The notes beneath the pieces are model-generated. The model saw nothing but the letters and a program-made list of their open reading frames with translations, ran no database searches and was not told where the DNA came from. Positions 61,425-64,000 of a DNA stretch of 64,000 nt are shown here, piece after piece. Made by a program: the position numbers and the translations under genes. Origin of the DNA: Eubacteriales bacterium (GTDB lineage: Bacteria > Bacillota > Clostridia > Peptostreptococcales > Anaerovoracaceae); NCBI GenBank assembly GCA_028872475.1, contig JAQYMQ010000013.1, positions 35,407-99,406 of the forward strand, in the 5' to 3' direction. Every line of letters starts with the position of its first letter. The first letter of the stretch is position 1.

Positions 61425-61862
61425 CTATTCCATATTTCTTAGTCTAGCCTTATGTACTCCATCTTGTTTTTTTATTATATCAAGTATCTCATCTATGCTT
61501 ATGAGAGCATTTTCTGTTTCAACGTTAATGTCTACACTAGCTAACAAATCTATCGGTGGATTTTGAATGATTGTCCAAACGCTAAAAGAGTATTCTTGCA
61601 GTAAATCTAATATTCTGGATAGAACACCTTTTTGGTGCTTTAAAATCATTGATATTGTAACTCGTTTTAATAATACCCCTTCATTGATTGTAAATAGATG
61701 ATCCTTGTATTTATAGTATGTGCTCCTTGAAATGCCTAACTTTTCTGTAGCTTCACCGATATTTTTGATTTCACCTTTTTCTATCATATGCTTAGCGTCT
61801 ATGACTTTTTCGAAATAATCAGGCAACATTTCTTTGTTAACTATTATGTATTTTCCGTTCAT
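61425..61862 (-). CDS. thrR: HTH plus ACT-domain regulator (ThrR/PheB-like)
   Basis: EATEKLGISRSTYYKYKD HTH; KGVLSRILD ACT domain; cotranscribed with thrC. Confidence 0.8.
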   Translation of the reverse strand: MNGKYIIVNKEMLPDYFEKVIDAKHMIEKGEIKNIGEATEKLGISRSTYYKYKDHLFTINEGVLLKRVTISMILKHQKGVLSRILDLLQEYSFSVWTIIQNPPIDLLASVDINVETENALISIDEILDIIKKQDGVHKARLRNME

Positions 61863-61917
61863 TGCTCTCACCCTTATTATTCGTCGTTGTTCACAAATAT
61901 TTAAATGAAATTATTTA

Positions 61918-63405
61918 TTATTTGTTAACGTTGTTATTGCATATTTCTGCAATTTTATCTTCAACATATTTTCTCATATTTTCAGGATGAATAACATCTT
62001 TTGAGTATATTTTCTTCTCAAATATTTTGCTTAACTGTTCCGGCATAGCTGAGTTTGTAACCTCTTGCAGCTCTATTAGATTCTGCTTATCATCTAGTGA
62101 ATAATCTTGTTTAAGTGCTTCAAGTACGCTATATGGGAACTTATAAGGCGAAGCTGTTGCAAGTATTACATTTTTATAACAAGAGTTATTGTCATCTTGG
62201 TAATTTTTATATGAAGCGTAAGCGATTGCTGTGTGTGTATCCATAAGGTAGCTATTTGCCTGAAAAACATTATCAATAGCACTTGCTCCATCGTTATCGT
62301 TACTACATATTCCGACAAAGATTTCTTGAATTTTCTCCAATTCTTCTTTTTCTATTTGATATTCACCTGTATTAGCTAAATCATTCATATATTTAGCTGT
62401 ATTTTCTGAGCCGCATATATAATAGAGCAGTCGCTCTAGGTTGCTTGAAACGAGTATGTCCATAGATGGTGATGAAGTCTTGAAGAATCCCCTGTTTTTA
62501 TTGTAATGTCCTGTTTTTAAGAACTCCGTAAGGACGTTATTTTTATTTGAAGCACAATAAAGTTTCTTTATTGGAAGCCCCATTTTCATAGCAAACCAGC
62601 CTGCCATTATATTGCCAAAATTACCCGTTGGAACAGTGAATGTTATTTCATCACCAATTTTAATTTCACTATTATCTACAAGTTGTTTATAAGCTGAAAA
62701 GTAATAGACGATTTGAGGAACAAGTCTGCCTATATTGATAGAGTTGGCACTTGATAACATTACTCCGTTATTGAGTCCCTTTAGTGATTTAAAAATTTCC
62801 TTTACTCCTGACTGTGCAACATCAAAATTACCTTTAATAGCACAAGCTGTAACGTTTGTAGCTTCTTGTGTTGTCATTTGTAATCTCTGTATATCTGAAA
62901 TTCCGTCGTCAGGATAAAAAGTGATAATGCTTGTATTTGGAACGTTTGAAAATCCTTTCATAGCTGCACTTCCGGTATCGCCGCTAGTAGCGGTTAAAAT
63001 TAAGATGTGATCACGTATATTAGCTTTTTTGATGGCTGCCATCATCAAGTTTGGTAGGGCAGATAGAGCTACGTCTTTAAAAGCACATGTAGGTCCCAAG
63101 AATAGCTCGAGAATATAGTTATTATTTAATTTAATTAATGGCGTTATTGATTCATCACTGAATTTATTGGTGTAGCTGTTTTTTACTATTGTAGGTATTT
63201 CCCTTGCTAAGTCAGGGAAAAATTTTGTAAATATTTCTTCGGCAATATCTAAATAATCTTTTTGAATTATATTTTTGTAATCAACCTTTATATCTTCAAG
63301 ATTTGAAGGAACAAAGAGTCCGCCATTTACGGCTAACCCTTGGATAATTGCTTCTGCTGGAGTCAACTTTAGATTTTCGTCTCTAGTACTAATATATGTG
63401 AGCAT
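61918..63405 (-). CDS. thrC: Threonine synthase
   Basis: YISTR, GGLFVP, LELFLGPTCAFKD (PLP Lys), ATSGDTG, SANSINIGRL, PTGNFGN, SPSMDIL. Confidence 0.97.
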   Translation of the reverse strand: MLTYISTRDENLKLTPAEAIIQGLAVNGGLFVPSNLEDIKVDYKNIIQKDYLDIAEEIFTKFFPDLAREIPTIVKNSYTNKFSDESITPLIKLNNNYILELFLGPTCAFKDVALSALPNLMMAAIKKANIRDHILILTATSGDTGSAAMKGFSNVPNTSIITFYPDDGISDIQRLQMTTQEATNVTACAIKGNFDVAQSGVKEIFKSLKGLNNGVMLSSANSINIGRLVPQIVYYFSAYKQLVDNSEIKIGDEITFTVPTGNFGNIMAGWFAMKMGLPIKKLYCASNKNNVLTEFLKTGHYNKNRGFFKTSSPSMDILVSSNLERLLYYICGSENTAKYMNDLANTGEYQIEKEELEKIQEIFVGICSNDNDGASAIDNVFQANSYLMDTHTAIAYASYKNYQDDNNSCYKNVILATASPYKFPYSVLEALKQDYSLDDKQNLIELQEVTNSAMPEQLSKIFEKKIYSKDVIHPENMRKYVEDKIAEICNNNVNK

Positions 63406-63616
63406 AATGACCTCTTTTCATATTTTAAATTTTTTCTTGCAAATATTTTTTGTCTATGATACACTATTTTTCATATAAAGACAAGTGTCTTTGATAGACG
63501 GACAAAAATATATTTTTCTTAAATAAAATTTATAAAATAAATATGTTATTTATTACAAAAAAACAAGTGAATGGTATACATTTTCGAGAAAAGTTAAAAT
63601 GAGAGGTCGTTGAAAC

Positions 63617-64000
63617 ATGGTTAAGGTAGTAAAATTTGGCGGTTCATCTTTAAGTAATGGACAGCAATTTGAAAAAGTTAAAAAAATAATTGAGGCTGAT
63701 AAGTCTAGAAGAATTGTGATTGTTTCGGCACCAGGGAAAAGAAATAGCGGAGATAATAAGATTACGGACTTACTTTATCTATGTAATGCACATTTGAAAT
63801 ACGATGTTTCGTTTGATGGAATTTTTGAGAAAATTCAGCAGAGATATGTAGATATAAGAAATGAGTGTGGATTAAATACAGATATTGAAAAATTATTATC
63901 TGATATCAAAGCTAAGATGAAAAAGGGTATGTCAGTTGATTATCTTGTTTCTAGAGGTGAGTACTTAAATGCGGTATTAATGGCGGACTACTTAGGATTT
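63617..64000 (+). CDS. Aspartate kinase, N-terminal part (runs off the window; not in the ORF track)
   Basis: MVKVVKFGGSSL...IVSAPGKR...KITDLL...LVSRGEYL; RBS GAGAGG; divergent from thrC. Confidence 0.93.
   Translation, partial: MVKVVKFGGSSLSNGQQFEKVKKIIEADKSRRIVIVSAPGKRNSGDNKITDLLYLCNAHLKYDVSFDGIFEKIQQRYVDIRNECGLNTDIEKLLSDIKAKMKKGMSVDYLVSRGEYLNAVLMADYLGF

Overview
AT-rich genomic DNA from an anaerobic Firmicute (Clostridia-like; inferred from gene content, taxon not determinable here). Order: 3' part of the S10-spc-alpha ribosomal protein cluster (rplB to rplQ, 1-12.7 kb; rplF carries an in-frame TAA); an accessory block (12.9-21.3 kb) of two tandem two-gene modules, each a large surface protein followed by a small membrane-anchored protein; a PLP aminotransferase; hrcA-grpE-dnaK-dnaJ with CIRCE; a YtrA-like GntR/ABC operon with two MacB-like fusions; citrate synthase; an EIIC-like membrane protein; a metal-chelate ABC operon; uvrB, uvrA, coaBC; a degraded membrane gene; hydCBA [FeFe]-hydrogenase; ptb-iorA-iorB-buk; rdgB; a YihY/BrkB protein; a 5'-truncated DNA methyltransferase; thrC with an ACT regulator; and the start of an aspartate kinase. 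Most notable: both small proteins appear to stop at a TGA at exactly the fourth-ligand position of a C2H2-like zinc-finger pattern. Both frames continue for 34-35 conserved codons, and each has a SECIS-like hairpin at identical spacing. This suggests an unannotated extracellular selenoprotein (or other UGA-recoded) family paired with surface proteins. No tRNA, rRNA, CRISPR array or transposase was recognised.
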